A DNA stretch of 63,321 nt, filler included, from Collodictyon triciliatum (lineage: Eukaryota), in NCBI GenBank assembly GCA_043381765.1. It is 5 parts of 5 records of this genome, joined end to end, with 100 filler letters (N's around TTAATTAATTAA, not from the genome) between each part and the next. Parts side by side here need not be neighbours in the genome. Positions count along the whole stretch, not along the records: positions 37,043 to 55,432 come from JBHJMP010001375.1; 4 more parts are not named here. One strand, given 5' to 3'. A model generated the notes under the pieces. The model was not told the DNA's origin. It saw only the letters and a program-made list of their open reading frames with translations, and did no database searches. Shown here one piece after another: positions 41,555-54,550 of the stretch (the stretch's first letter is position 1; each line of letters starts with the position of its first letter). The position numbers and the translations under genes were made by a program.

Positions 41555-44500
41555 ATTTTGAAAAATGCATCAGATTCTGACAATTTTCCAAAAATATACG
41601 TTAGGACTATGGAGAGCAATCCTCAACATATACGATTTACATTCTAAACATCAAGCGCCCAACAATAGCGAAGAATATGACTTACAAATACCATGCGAAG
41701 GATGGAATTGAGAAGACAGTTATCCCAAAGCCGTGCGGTGTTGGCTTGAGGGCGCATTCGGTCTGTTATGTTCCTTTCAATAAGGAACGTATTCTAGGAT
41801 ATCATTGTCTGTTCAGTCCTTTATTGACTGCATGACTTCGTGCCATTTTTCATTCATGTAGAACAAACGATTCCTCTGGGTGGATTTGAATGCTGGTCCT
41901 TTCGTATACGGTCCTCATATTGTAGGAGAGGGCCTCGTTACTTTTCACGATATTCCATCTGTTTTGGAGTATCTGGGTATTGGGTCAACGAAATTCTTGA
42001 AACAGGCATTATTTCATTTTGTAAAATATCGTGGTTTGTTTTGCTTTTAATTTTAATGGTATCAATGTCTCGGGGGTCAGAAAGCATATATGCAATTATA
42101 TTTAACAGAAGCTTACTAATGCCCTTGTTTCGTGCAATAGCCCTTCATAGCTGACGTTGTTGCTCTTGTCCACAAAACCACAAATCTTCTGTTGACTCCT
42201 CCGATGAAGTACTCGAACCCGTTATATCGATCTTCAAAGAAATATGTCCTTTATCATATATACGATTCCGAATCATTGAAAGAGAACACGAAATTTCGCT
42301 TTTCAGAAATTAAAAAACAGGTGAATTTCATTGTGAATTTTAGGTTGTGTTTTTTTTATTTTAGATTACTGAATGCTCCAATCAAAAACACCTCTCATGT
42401 ATGCGATATATAACGCATGCATATGCTAGAATTTCCTTCTTTTTTAATAAAAAAAACCTCTAGCTGGACTCTATTCCCAAGCTCGAAAGAGAAACAATCA
42501 ATTTTGAGGAGAAACAGATGAATTTGTACGAGTGTCAATGGTGTATGTCTGCACTATCTTCTTCCTTAAAGGTCTCTACTACATGACAATTTCATATTTC
42601 GACATGAAAATATATTTTCCTATCATTTACGAAGATATGCAATAAAGCAAGCACTCATCTAAATTATACAACAATCGCGACTGAAAAATGACAGACATAT
42701 ACCAGGTTGCTATATATTTTAATTATTATTAATGTATTATGGCATGATTTTCTCCATTCGATTTATTCAAATTCGGCAATAATATAGTGTCGTCATGGTT
42801 CAAGAGCTCACTACACGTGTTCATCAATATATTGACTCCAAAGAATTGTTTTATTGGCTGGACTACTACGAAAATTCTCGCTCACACGGTATTCCGTCTG
42901 GCATTATGCATCTATCATTTTTATTACTATTGATTGTGCTATTGTTGTTATTGTTGTTATTGTTGTTATTGCTCATTTTTATCAATTTACTGATTTTAGA
43001 AGCGCTTGCATACTAAGAGAGTTCATTCTAAATTTTACCATCCCATAATTCAGATATTATTGGAAAATACAATGGAAATAAAGAACCTGTCATTCCTATT
43101 TACCTTTTTGATCTATCAGCCAATGAGGTTGTTTTACTAGACCGATTTCACCAGGTTTGCACCGAAATATCTGAAATCAGTTGGTAGTGTTGTTTGGCCG
43201 CTGTCTGGTTGTTATTTTGCGTTGTTTTACGTTATTTTGCATATTTTATCATGTTTTTTTTGGAGATGTTAATCTTATATTACTTATGTAGTATCATTAA
43301 TTATATCACCAATATGTGATGCTCATATTTGTTATGAATTTGGCTCTTAGAGCTTATCGAATAGCGAAATGGTTATCTCAGTCCAAACTAAAATAGGCCA
43401 TATTTACGTTGACTTTAGGTAAATCATTTTCCTTCGCATATCTCATTCTCATTTTTAAAAAAACTTATTTACTTATTCTATCATTTTACTGTAGTTGTAA
43501 TGGTGAACGCAGGACAGTCGATTCAAACGATGCTACTAGAGCGACTTTGGCATCACTTTTGGAAACATCATACGGAATAGCACCGTCGTAAGTTTACATA
43601 TATATTATGTTACCTTCCTTTCACTTGGTACAAGTTGGAGAGTTTTAGCCTTCCTTTTATCCATCGTTATTTTTAAATAATCTTCTTTTTTCGGTCTCTT
43701 TTCTTTTCTTTTTCATTTTAGGTATATGTATTATTTTATTTTATTTCATTTTTTGTATGAAAAACGCAATCCGTCGTCAAGTAATTATGAAGATGTACAA
43801 AACTATAAATAACATGGTTCCTTCTGCTAAAGTTATTCTCTCTGGGACTCGGCCCACAAGACTGCGCATGTTGACTATCTCTGGTGCGTTGGAAGAACTC
43901 CATTCGGCTATTTATCCACAGAAACAGAACTATCCTTTGTCTACAAGGTAAATGAAGACTGCGGTTGGAAAGATTAACATCAACCCAGCGTTGCATTATC
44001 TTGTACCTTTTTTTGTTCAAAGATTTATTTGTTTATTTATTTATTTATTTGCATAAAGTAACTCTTTTTTTTTTTATCGGGTATATTTGTTGCAGGACCT
44101 TGCTGTTCGTTCGACTTTGTATAATATCATGAATTCGACTATATCAGAACTGGAAGTATACTTGGCTAAATTTGAGGTTAGAATTATTTTTTTTCCTTTC
44201 AATTTTGTATTTGAGTTTAAAATATACCAAATGATAGACTGATACCCTCGTTTGAATCTTCATATGTCCAACCGCACCAAACGAATTAAAATATTTTCAT
44301 AAGCCAATTTGCATTCAGTATCAAGTGCATCTCATAAAGTTGTATCCCAACCACTGCAGAAATATGGACAATCGATCGAAGATGCTTTGAATCCACAAGA
44401 TTACATAGAATTTTTGCGTAGATGGAACGTGCTATCTTTTAAACTTCAGAAGGCGTCCTTTTACATATCCTTGAACAAATTCAATCAGTAAGTCTTATTA

Positions 44501-45005
44501 CCGGCTTAGTAACTAAGTAAACAGATTTGAGCGTGTATTTCTTTGGTAAATTAATGGCATCAACCACGTTTTGGCTAAAATGAATGAAGTTGTTGCTCTC
44601 TTTTCTATGATATCATTAAAGAGGAAAGCTACTATTTTTAATTATTTTTTGCTAATTTTATTTATTTTTGTTTTTTATTACTATTTTAGTGCTTTTTACT
44701 TTCTCCGCTCGTCTCGGTTCGACCGTTTGGATTTGACCCATCTCATCTACAAGGCAGGGAAGGACTTTAATTCCTATTGGGAATGTGGGCTGGTGAATAT
44801 TTATCCAATTTTTTTTTATTACAGAATCATTCTTGTTTTGTTCCTTGACTCTGTCGTAACCAGCCTTAACACTCGAATTCCGCAGGAACCCATCATCACT
44901 CCACTCGCCCTATTTTCATCATCTGTGTTTGTATTCCTTGCTCTTGTTGTTGTTTGCGACCTGATTGGTGCGCTCAGCTCATCAAAACGCTCGAAACAGG
45001 CATAA
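40040..45005 (+). CDS. Conserved uncharacterised type-I membrane protein (DUF7906 / Arabidopsis At3g28720-At5g58100-like)
   Basis: Signal peptide in exon 1. Motifs IDVKLVGF, RFLWVDLNAGPFVYGPHIVGEGLV, QYIDSKEL, VIPIYLFDL..LLDRFHQ, MVISVQT, CNG...DATRATLASLLET.YGIAP and DYLWCVGRTPFG. C-terminal TM; stop at 45003-45005. Family assignment is from recall, not a search. Confidence 0.8.
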
Positions 45006-45197
45006 GTAGCTTTCGGGGCTGACTTACATCATCATCACCATCATCACCATCACCATCACCATGTCTCTTCTTTTCCATCCCTCAAGTGGGAGAACCAAAC
45101 ATCTTGAAGTTTACAACCGAAGCAATAACCAGAATAAACAAACCAGCGGCGAAGTTATTTTGCTCCAATATTGCCCCCTCCATATGTACATTCGGGT

Positions 45198-45296
45198 GAT
45201 ACTGATACTGATACTGATACTGATACTGATACTGATACTGATACTGATACTGATACTGATACTGATACTGATACTGATACTGATACTGATACTGAT
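45198..45296. repeat. (GATACT)n hexamer microsatellite
   Basis: Directly visible. Confidence 0.95.
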
Positions 45297-46043
45297 GGTC
45301 ATGGTCATGGTCGTGGTCGTGGTCGTATTAGAGAATATGGATAGATGGGGAATGCTTATGAATCTCGTCTGTTTGGGCGACCCGGCTCGCCGTGGGGTGA
45401 TGAACCTGGCCTCGTGTCCACCCGGGCCTTCTCTTTCGATGGGGGATGTTGCTGCCCGGCATGAGTTCTTACTCGCCCGACCTTTCGGATAGTATTTCTA
45501 TTCCTCCTGTTGCTTCGTTGTATTTTTCTAATTTTTTCTCGCGTTTCTCTTTTAGTATTTTCGGTTTAATATTTTGTTCTTGCTCTTGTTGGTATTTTAT
45601 TTGGAATCAGAAGACAACGAGAGAAGACAGCGGTTGCAAAAGATGGCAAAGTCGGAGACCTCTGACGAGAGAACCGCGGTATTCATACAGACCACAAACC
45701 AGTTCAATGCGTGAAGGGCGGAGAAAAAAAAGGCAGAGTGCGAAAAAAAAGACTGTGTCGATGGAGATATATGAGGTTCTTTTCCAGGCTAAAGGACGGC
45801 GGCTGGGGGAGGCAGAGAAGAGGAATAGGGCGGTCAGTTCACATCCACCTCTTGATGAGAAAATAATGGAGTCCATAGGGGAGATGTTGGTAATCTTCTT
45901 AATTGAATTGGGTGCTATGAGGCTTTGAAGGAGAGAGAGCCAGTGTAAATTGCTGGCGTTAATGGGGCTTCTGTGAACGGGGAAAAAAAAAGTGGAATTG
46001 GGTGCGTGTATAGTCGAGTATTGCTTTCATGCTTGTCACTTAC

Positions 46044-47570
46044 TTATTTCGCCGATTTCTCCAACCGGCTGTTCATGTAGTAATTCAAGTCCATCGGGTC
46101 TTTAGGCCTGGTGCGAGCGGGTGCGTGCATACTAGCATATTTCTTGTGTGCAAGAATGTTCATCATAAAATTGTGATTACTAAGAAATACTTTGTCAACA
46201 CAGGAATGTTGGAAATTAGTATTAATGAATGCTTTCTTTCGTTGCGAATGATGAATGCGCGTGTGGCTGTGTGTTTGTGATGATTGCAAAAGGGTGTCAT
46301 ACATCTCCATAATCCACATGAAGAGCAGGCGGATTAAATGAATTTTTCATATTGGACTTTTTGCTCGTCCCACCGAGTTCCCATCTGTCGTTTCAGCAAG
46401 GCAGAAATGTGTATAAGCTCCTCTCAGTACAGAAAAGCATGGCACCATAATTTGCATTCCAAAATAATAATAAAAGAACTGAGTCAAATGAGACGTTCAC
46501 TTATGCAATTTGATGCCGAGCCTCTCGCGTTCCTCTTCTTCGTCGGGAAGGATTTCAGTCTCCCTCCAGGAAAGGTGATTTGTTGTGAATCCGCTCGCTT
46601 CCATTCTCCCTGTAACTCGACGGGGTGCGTTCGGGTCCACGTAGAAACCTTGCCCGGCCCCGACACCTGACCCGAATGACGTGCTGAACTTATTTGGGCC
46701 CTGATGAAGGAGTTTGCACAGACCATGTTAGGATGGGATATGAGATAGAATGGTGGGATGGAGTAGAGATTGGTGTCAAAAAGATGATGCTCTTGAGAAG
46801 TGACATTTGATATTTTTTACCTTTATTTGATTCAAAGAAGTGATATTTGATATTGATTATCTTTTCCTTATTCAATTGAGCTTCCAATAAAGATATTGGT
46901 GGTTCTTCAATGAATTATCTACTCACACGGCAGTCGTTTTCCCCTTCGACAGGGTCGGCTGTGCGGATGCGGCGAGCAATCATTGGATGTAGTGGCTCTT
47001 TTAGCTGGAAGTTCATATCTTCCAGAAGATTGAAGCGCCCATTCTGGGAATAGCCACTTTGCTCCATCGTGACGGGCACTGATGGACATTCGATTATTTA
47101 GTTTTCAATGATTTTCCTTTATTCGATTCAAAGTGTATTTCGTTTTCAATGATAATATGGTCATCGTGAATGATTCTGTGTTAATAAAAAAGGAAACAGG
47201 AATAAAGCTTTACAGCTAATATTCAAAATATTGAAACTTTCATGGACAAAAAAAAGCATCATTACGTATGGACGAATATAATGTCCCCCCTGGAGAACGG
47301 AGGGTCTGGCCTTCTCCGTCAGCTATTATTAAAAAAAAAATGATCGTTTACGGTTGTTTTTGTTCAGATCGGCAGAAAAGTGGATTTCCTTCGTATGTTT
47401 AGCCTCACTATTGTCGAATACCACCATTTGTTGTTGTTGCCGTCATTTTTACTTGATCACGAGGTGATAACTTCCAGCATTCCCAATAAATCAGAAGCAC
47501 ATACCTGCTTGATTACTTCCGTTTGAGGCACGGCGTTCACTGGGAGTTGCGCTTCCGCTTCGGCGTCCAT
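46044..47570 (-). CDS. Hypothetical multi-exon protein; 3' end uncertain
   Basis: Phase-compatible exons MDAEAEAQLP...VIKQ, EIHFSADLNKNN, PDGEGQTL..., LPVTMEQSGYSQNGRF..., GPNKFSTSFGSG..., WELGGTSKK..., KYASMH...KSAK*. Confidence 0.6.
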
Positions 47571-48361
47571 ACATAACAGCTCTGCCTTCAGTGCTCATCA
47601 CGGTGGAACGGCCTTAAGTCTTAATCTACGCGTCCACACATACACGCACACCCACAAAAGAAAAAAAAAGGTAAGACTCTTCCACTTTCTTTTGCCCACG
47701 GCTTTTGGCACGAAGCCCTTGTCGGGAAAGCAGCAGAAGGGAAAAAAAAAGAGTAATTTGTGCGGCATTGCGAGCTTGTATACTCATAGTTGCACCATGG
47801 GCTCAACCTCCTGTCACTTCTTTCTCTGAGCGAATGGGGCGCAGCTTCTGGCAATTCTGCCAACTCCCTTCCTCGGGCTTCCTCGCGCTTTGCTTCGCGA
47901 GATGTTGATTCATGTCGAGGTTTGCGATTCACGATCCTGATTGTTGCAAAACCAACTCAGAACTTTTAGTGTTATCTGGCCTGTCCATTTCCGTCGAAAG
48001 TAACGTATTCCTTATTTGGTACCAGTTGAAACAATGTGGTGCATGTGAGGGAAAATCATTCAGCGTTTGTGTTCGTCGAATCAGCGGTATTGCGCTGAAT
48101 GGGTTATTTCCACATTTGTACATTGGGCGAGCCACCAGTCGGAGATGAATGAATGACAAAGCATGTCACAGACGGACATAGACTCACACATAAAGCCACC
48201 GTAGCGATACAACCCAAGAGGAACAGCGAGTAGAGGAGGACTTGGTCTAAGCTTTTAGTCGTATCAAGGGTCTTTTCATTTATGTTTTTCCTTCGTATTT
48301 ATCCATCTTTTTTCAATAAGTAATTATTTTTTTTTTGTAGAAAGACCCCCGTCGAAAAACG

Positions 48362-50682
48362 ATGCAGCCCCCAAGAAGCGACGAAACAATTCTGCGACTA
48401 GCCGGCCTTGGAAAGAGCAACTGCGGCTACTGCCAGTCCGAAGGAAGCTTCTCGCTAAGTAAGTGACTCAGATTTCTTATTTATATATTATAGATCGGAC
48501 ACTCAGTACGACACTTTCCATCCATCATAAATTGGAAAATAAGTAAGGAGATAAAATNNNNNNNNNNNNNNNNNNNNNNNNNNNNNNNNNNNNNNNNNNN
48601 NNNNNNNNNNNNNNNNNNNNNNNNNNNNNNNNNNNNNNNNNNNNNNNNNNNNNNNNNNNNNNNNNNNNNNNNNNNNNNNNNNNNNNNNNNNNNNNNNNNN
48701 NNNNNNNNNNNNNNNNNNNNNNNNNNNNNNNNNNNNNNNNNNNNNNNNNNNNNNNNNNNNNNNNNNNNNNNNNNNNNNNNNNNNNNNNNNNNNNNNNNNN
48801 NNNNNNNNNNNNNNNNNNNNNNNNNNNNNNNNNNNNNNNNNTATTTGTTTTATTATTTGTTTTATTATTTGTTTTATTATTTGTTTTATTATTTGTTTTG
48901 TTTTGCTCATGCAGATATGCTTTTAGACAACTATTCCATTTAGAGGGAATTGCACAAGTGTGAAAGGAACATTTGCGTTACTGATTGAAAAATAGATTCT
49001 GATGGACCGAGGTTTTCGGCGTAGTGGAAAGCTTGTCTACAAACTTCTTCCTGGAAGCTGTTGTGCTGCATATACAATCCGCTTGGACGCTTTTTCTTTT
49101 CAAATGACCAAAAGTCAGAAGAAAGTTCTTCGGCATCTCTCTGTATATCTAAAAAAGTATCCTGTTGCGTCGGAAAGAAATCAATCCCAATCTGCTTCGT
49201 CAGAATCAAAGTCAGAATCGTCTGAACCATCATCTTCAATGCCTTTCGAGTCCAAGACCCCCGTATCGACCAGAAAGAAGCCCATTAGCCACGAGGTTGG
49301 CCATGACGATTCACTTTCACCTCCACGTTCTCTTTTAGTATCAGCCACTAATCAAATCGATTTTGTCGAGGCGCGCAATAATTTCTTTGCCGATCTAATG
49401 AATGACCCTTCCAACAAACGCAAATTTACGGTACTCACGGATATTATGATGACCTACCATAATTGTGACATATTTCTTTTGGTATCATTGATGTTTAAAA
49501 CATATGAACGATTGAAGAAGAATGTACACAATTTGCTTCAAAAAATCAATATCTAACCAAGTACGACATCAAACCTTAGATGACTATGAATCATGCATCT
49601 GTAACCGAAGAAAAGTTCCAACTGTACAAAAAGTATCAAATGTTAGTTCACAAAGACCCAGAGACCAAGTTAAATCAAACTTCCTTCAAAAACTTTTTGG
49701 TTGACACTCTCCTCTTGGTAAATATATTACATATACCAATCTTGTGTATTTATTTTCCCTCTGTTTTATCCGTAACTTATTGATAAAAAAAAACTTCTTT
49801 TTTTTTTTTACGTATTGCAACTGGAGTTGCTAATCACTTGACATTTCCCCCCAATTTTCATATACTAGAGAGAACCATCCGGTTCTGATATTATGTACGG
49901 AACCCAACACATGGAGTATCGAATCGACGAGAAACTAATCGCTGTTAGTGTTGTTGATGTCACACCTGGCGTGTTGTCCTCAGTATATTTCTTTTATGAC
50001 CCTGATTATGATTTTCTATCACTGGGGAAAATATCCGCTCTGTTTGACCTCGAGTGGATAAGAAACGTTAACAAGAAACTACCTGATTTTCGCTACTATT
50101 ACCTGGGTATATTTGTAAATATTGAAGCCAATACAAATGCGTATTTTATTATACTGCACTCAAACTTACGTGAAGGCTTTCTCTTCTTTTTTTTTTCTTT
50201 TCCCGTCTTTCATATGTACTCTGTCGGGTGCGTTGAAGGATATTATATCGCCAGCTGCCCAAAGATGAGATACAAAGGAGAGTACAAGCCATCCGATCTT
50301 CTATGTCCTAGAACATACAAGTGGATTCCATTAGAGTCTTGCGTGCAACAAATAGAACAGAATCCTACTCTTCCTTTGTGTTCCGAGCCTTCTCCTACCT
50401 TGAATGTTCGAGATATTGCAGCGCGTCTCCGATTTCTTGTTAGGTCTACTCCCATGGGAATGTCGGTATGTCTTTAATCGTGATTAAGTTCATTTGTCAT
50501 AATTTCAATAAACTATATCAAAAGTATACACCCTGGCTGCTATTTTGATGATAATAAGAAAGCGATAAATGCACTGGCAGGTCTTTCCAGGCGATGTCCA
50601 AGAGAGGATTACCGAATTTTGTAAGGAAACCATCGAACATGTTGGCCCCGAATTGTGCTTACGCTCCTGGATAAGGTTGTGA
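48362..50682 (+). CDS. ATE1: Arginyl-tRNA--protein transferase
   Basis: N-terminal CGYC; [101 protein letters not shown]. One exon probably lies in the gap at 48557-48841. Confidence 0.93.
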
Positions 50683-50828
50683 ATCTTGAGCCTCACCTAA
50701 TTCATCTCATGAAAAATCACAACTGCAAGGAGGGACTAAAAGAAAGCAAGTGGAAGAAGGAAAAGAGAGAGGGAAGGGAATAAAAAAAAACGAATAAACA
50801 GAAAGGATGTGAATCCACACTCCAATTA

Positions 50829-50932
50829 TTATTTATTCATCTATTTATTCATCTATTTATTCATCTATTTATTCATCTATTTATTCATCTATTTATTCAT
50901 CTATTTATTCATCTATTTATTCATCTATTTAT
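50829..50932. repeat. (ATTTATTCATCT)n 12-bp tandem repeat
   Basis: Directly visible. Confidence 0.9.
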
Positions 50933-51263
50933 TAATTTTTTTCAGAACTGGAGGAACAAAAAGCGTATAACATACCTTCTTTTTCTGGAATATATCTTAA
51001 TTCTGTATTTAATTTATATATTTGTCATTTTTGATATAATAAATACATATTAAATAACAATATAATATATATATTAATAAAAAAATTATTCTCAGGAGAC
51101 CGAAATTGGTGTAATTCAATTTTGCATTATTATTGCACGATTTTCCCACTGAAACCTCACATTCTCTTTCCACTCGTTCTCGTGAAACTCCCTGTGGACT
51201 CAACGCCACTACACCCTACGGAACATCCAGCTGTCCTCCAAAGAAGACTAAGGCCTACGCAAG

Positions 51264-52149
51264 ATGACTGTAAGTATCTAGCTAGACACCTCTACGAACA
51301 ATATCAACCCCTGAACCTCCGTTCCTTCTATATGGCCCGTGGTGGGGGAAAGTTAACACGCCACGATAGCGCCCGAGAGAACACCGAGAAAAGTCATCCA
51401 CAACCCCCGTGTCCCACTCTAGTAGGCTGTTGAAACTGTAGGAATCAAGATTTTTGCAAAATCAGTCCCTCTCGGGAGGGAGGTGAATAAATTTGCTACT
51501 GGTATCGACGCCACAACTGGATGTTGGCTTTAAGCGAGACTCAGGCCGTCAGATAGGAAAATATTCACCAATTCTCACCAACTTTGGTGTCTGGGGTGCC
51601 GATCATGTCCCTGATTTACAGAACACGTCCACAACAGCCTCCTACCAACACTCACTACACTCCAATGTCGCTCGCACAACATTTTTCCGCATAATTCCCT
51701 CAGCACCTGACTGATTACCATTCTCTTTCATTACGCAGTACCCACCTACTGATCTGCTCCACCCTTCTGAGTCCGCTGAGAAGAGAAAGCACAAGCTTAA
51801 GCGCCTCATCCCTTCCCCCAACAGCTACTTCCTTGATGTCCGCTGCAATGGCTGCAACGTGATGTAAGAGTGCAGTCCCATGTTTTTAACAACAAGGCCA
51901 CCCTTCCCGGCAAGCTGAACTCTCTGAGACCCCTACCTTTTCTACTCTTAACTCAATCACCCCGAACAACCTGAAACTAACTGTTGCTCCCTTTTTCTTT
52001 TTTTTTTTTTCATTTTGTTCAGCACCACCGTCTTCAGCCACGCTTCCACAGTTGTTGTCTGCAGCTCATGCTCCAACATCATCGCCACCCCGACCGGAGG
52101 TGTGGCCAAGCTGTCCGAGGGCTGCCAGTACCGCCGCAAGGCCGAATAA
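51264..52149 (+). CDS. RPS27: 40S ribosomal protein S27 (eS27)
   Basis: Exons 51264-51269 (ATG ACT|GTAAGT), 51739-51863 and 52023-52149 give [85 protein letters not shown]. Confidence 0.95.
51424..51640 (+). ncRNA. Candidate structured RNA element inside RPS27 intron 1
   Basis: Nested stems: AGGCTGTTG/CAACAGCCT, CTGTA(GG)AATCA/TGATTTACAG, GATTTT/AAAATC, TCCCTC/GAGGGA, GGTGAATA/TATTCACC, TATCGACG/CGTC(A)GATA and CACCA/TGGTG. No family recognised. Confidence 0.5.
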
Positions 52150-52536
52150 ACGCCTCTGCCGTGCTGTACAACCCACACCCGTCAAACACACGACTTGCCG
52201 CTGTCAACCGCCTCCTCCCTCCGCCAAATTCTCTATTCGTAACGCTGGAGGTGGATTCTAGGACTGGGCCACTGCGAGTAACTTTGTATGGAGCTGTGGT
52301 TTCATTTCATGGAAAGGATGCAGAGGTGGAGGCAGGCGACCGGCCGGGCCCGACACGCACTGGGCCGCCCCGCAAACAGGCGGGGACGCACCCACATGCA
52401 AGAGCGGGGTGAACCGGGCAGAGGCACACGAGGCCGCAACCTTGGCTGCAGGAGAGGAGGGAAAGAGGAAGGAAGGGAGGGAGAATAACAGAGAGGGAGG
52501 GCGTGGATCCGGTGGCCCAGGCAGACAGGGGGGGGA

Positions 52537-53311
52537 TTACAGAAGCAGGCAGAGGGGCTTCTTTGTCGGGGGCTTGTCCTGCTTGCCGGGGGTGGCCTCG
52601 GCCTTGCGGACCTCGCGGACCAGCTCGCTGAAGGCCTCGTCGACGTTGAGGGGCAGCTTTGCGGAGGTCTCGAAGAAGGGGCACTTGAACTTCTTTGCGA
52701 GCTCCTTGCCCTCCTCGGTGGAGACCTTGCGCTCGTTGGCCAGATCGACCTTGTTGCCCACAAGCACCATGGGGATGGTGTCGGCGTCCTTGCACCGCAG
52801 GATCTTTTCGCGCAGCGACGCAACCTCCTCGTACGAGCTGCGGCTGGTGATGCTGTAGCACATCAGGAAGCCCTTGCCCTCGCGCCACCACTGCGTCGTC
52901 GGGAGGGGGCGGTTAGGACGGGGGAGGGGGAGAGGGAGAGGGAGAGGGAGAGGGAGGGGTACGGTACCTGGTCCTGGATCGTCTTGTACTCCTCCTGCCC
53001 TGCCGTGTCCAGGATGTCGAGCACGGTCGAGACGCCGTCGATGGTCACCTGCTTGCGGTAGCTGTCCTCTGCAGGAGGGGGTGTGGGTGAGTGGGTGAGT
53101 GGGTGAGTGGGAACGGGGCGGAATGACTCACCGATGGTGGGGTCGTACTCGGTCACAAAGTGCTTCGAGACGTACTGGATGGTCAGGGCGGACTTGCCGA
53201 CGCCGCCTGCTCCGACAACAACCTGCGTGCGGCAGAGGCCCGTGTCAGCGAGTGGGAGGGGGGAGGAGGGAGGGTGTGGCTGCGTACGAGTTTGTTCTGC
53301 TGCTGGCTCAT
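52537..53311 (-). CDS. RAS: Ras-family small GTPase
   Basis: Four coding exons encode [22 protein letters not shown], effector loop YDPTIEDSYRK, DTAGQEE, NKVD, ETSAK and CaaX CLLL. Confidence 0.95.
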
Positions 53312-54283
53312 GCTGCCTCTGGCGGTTCTGGGTCTGTGTGTGGCTGCGTGTGTGGCTGTGTGTGTGTCTCACCGCCTGCGGGGGCCTTTGCTGCTCTCTG
53401 GTGCGGCGGACATATGGAGTGGGCGGGTGAGTGTGGCGATTACCAGACACGGGTGCTGGGCTGTGCTTTGGGGGACGAGGGGGGAGGGGGAGGGTCTCGT
53501 TGGCCGCCAAGCCTTGTCTGCTTTTGGTATGAGTGTGTGTGTCTGCGTGTGTTTCGGTCGTGCGGGCTGGATGGCCAGGCAGGTCGAGAGGAAGAGGACG
53601 GAATGGACTAAGGTTAAGCGCACCCTCTCCTTCTCTTTTCGTCTCGAGACATGCTCGGGGGCAGCGAAAGGAAGGCGGAAATAGGGACTGTGGAGCAAGG
53701 CTTGTAGGAGTTGGTGCAAGGATCATCATAAAAATAAAATTGGTGGGGTAAATGAGTAAAGAGAGGCCCAGTGCTGGCTGTCCTTGCAGAGGGCTTTGAG
53801 TTCATAGAGAGTGGCCGGGATCATGTTTTGTGGTTGTTTCTGACTCTTTCGCTTCTTCTTTTGATTCACTCGGGGTGGGAGGGTCTCTTCGACGCCCAAA
53901 TACCGGTACCCAAGGAAGCAGCTTGAGTACAGGGTGGCAGATCAAACGAAAGGAAAAGGAAAGCAAGTCGAAGTCATGATTCAGGGGGTTTGTCATGTCG
54001 GTCCCTCACAGATATTTCATGACGTTCGAGTTGGGTTTGGAGGTCTGGGTGAGGAAAAGCGGAAGATTGAGAAAGAAAAAGATGTTCTGGCAAAGAAGTA
54101 AGATTGAGAAGAGGGCGCTGGTCGAAGGAACGATCAGCGCGCTCTGTCCTAGTTTGTGGCAGCCAGACTTCTTGCCTCTCGGTCTCACCCCCCCCCGATC
54201 ATTGAATGGGTCACGAGTTACGATGAGTCTCTCTCTCGTGCTTGGCTGTGCCGCCCCACTTCTTCGGCCCTGGCATGTGTCTC

Positions 54284-54550
54284 TCACGATCCTGTTGTGC
54301 CGCGGTTGCTTTGATTCATCTCAACGCCAATGAAACAATGCCTGCCTTTCGGCTCATTATTTCGCAGTGATATAATCATGCCTTTCCCTTCTGCGGGCGG
54401 GTTTTCCTCGAATTTGTCGACGAATGCGTCTTTGAACAAATCTTCCATTTTGACCTCCTCTGTTGGCGTCTTTGAGCCAGGGAGGGAATCTGTCACCATA
54501 CTGTCTCCCGTGCGTTGCTCAGGCGGCAATCTTGGCCAATCATTCAAAGC
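54284..54550 (-). CDS. Possible exon of an unidentified gene
   Basis: Acceptor TTTCACGCAG followed by a protein-like frame ALNDWPRLPPEQRTGD...KMEDLFKDAFVDKFEENPP. No complete model could be built. Confidence 0.3.
   Translation of the reverse strand, partial: ALNDWPRLPPEQRTGDSMVTDSLPGSKTPTEEVKMEDLFKDAFVDKFEENPPAEGKGMIISLRNNEPKGRHCFIGVEMNQSNRGTTGS

Noticed and set aside
42003-42026. GC-AG intron donor (CAG|GCATTA)
   Set aside because: An in-phase GT donor 15 nt downstream fits equally well; undecidable without RNA data.
48912-48945. In-frame TAG in an apparent ATE1 exon, suggesting stop-codon reassignment
   Set aside because: The true exon is probably in the N gap, and 500-800 aa stop-free dynein exons support the standard code.
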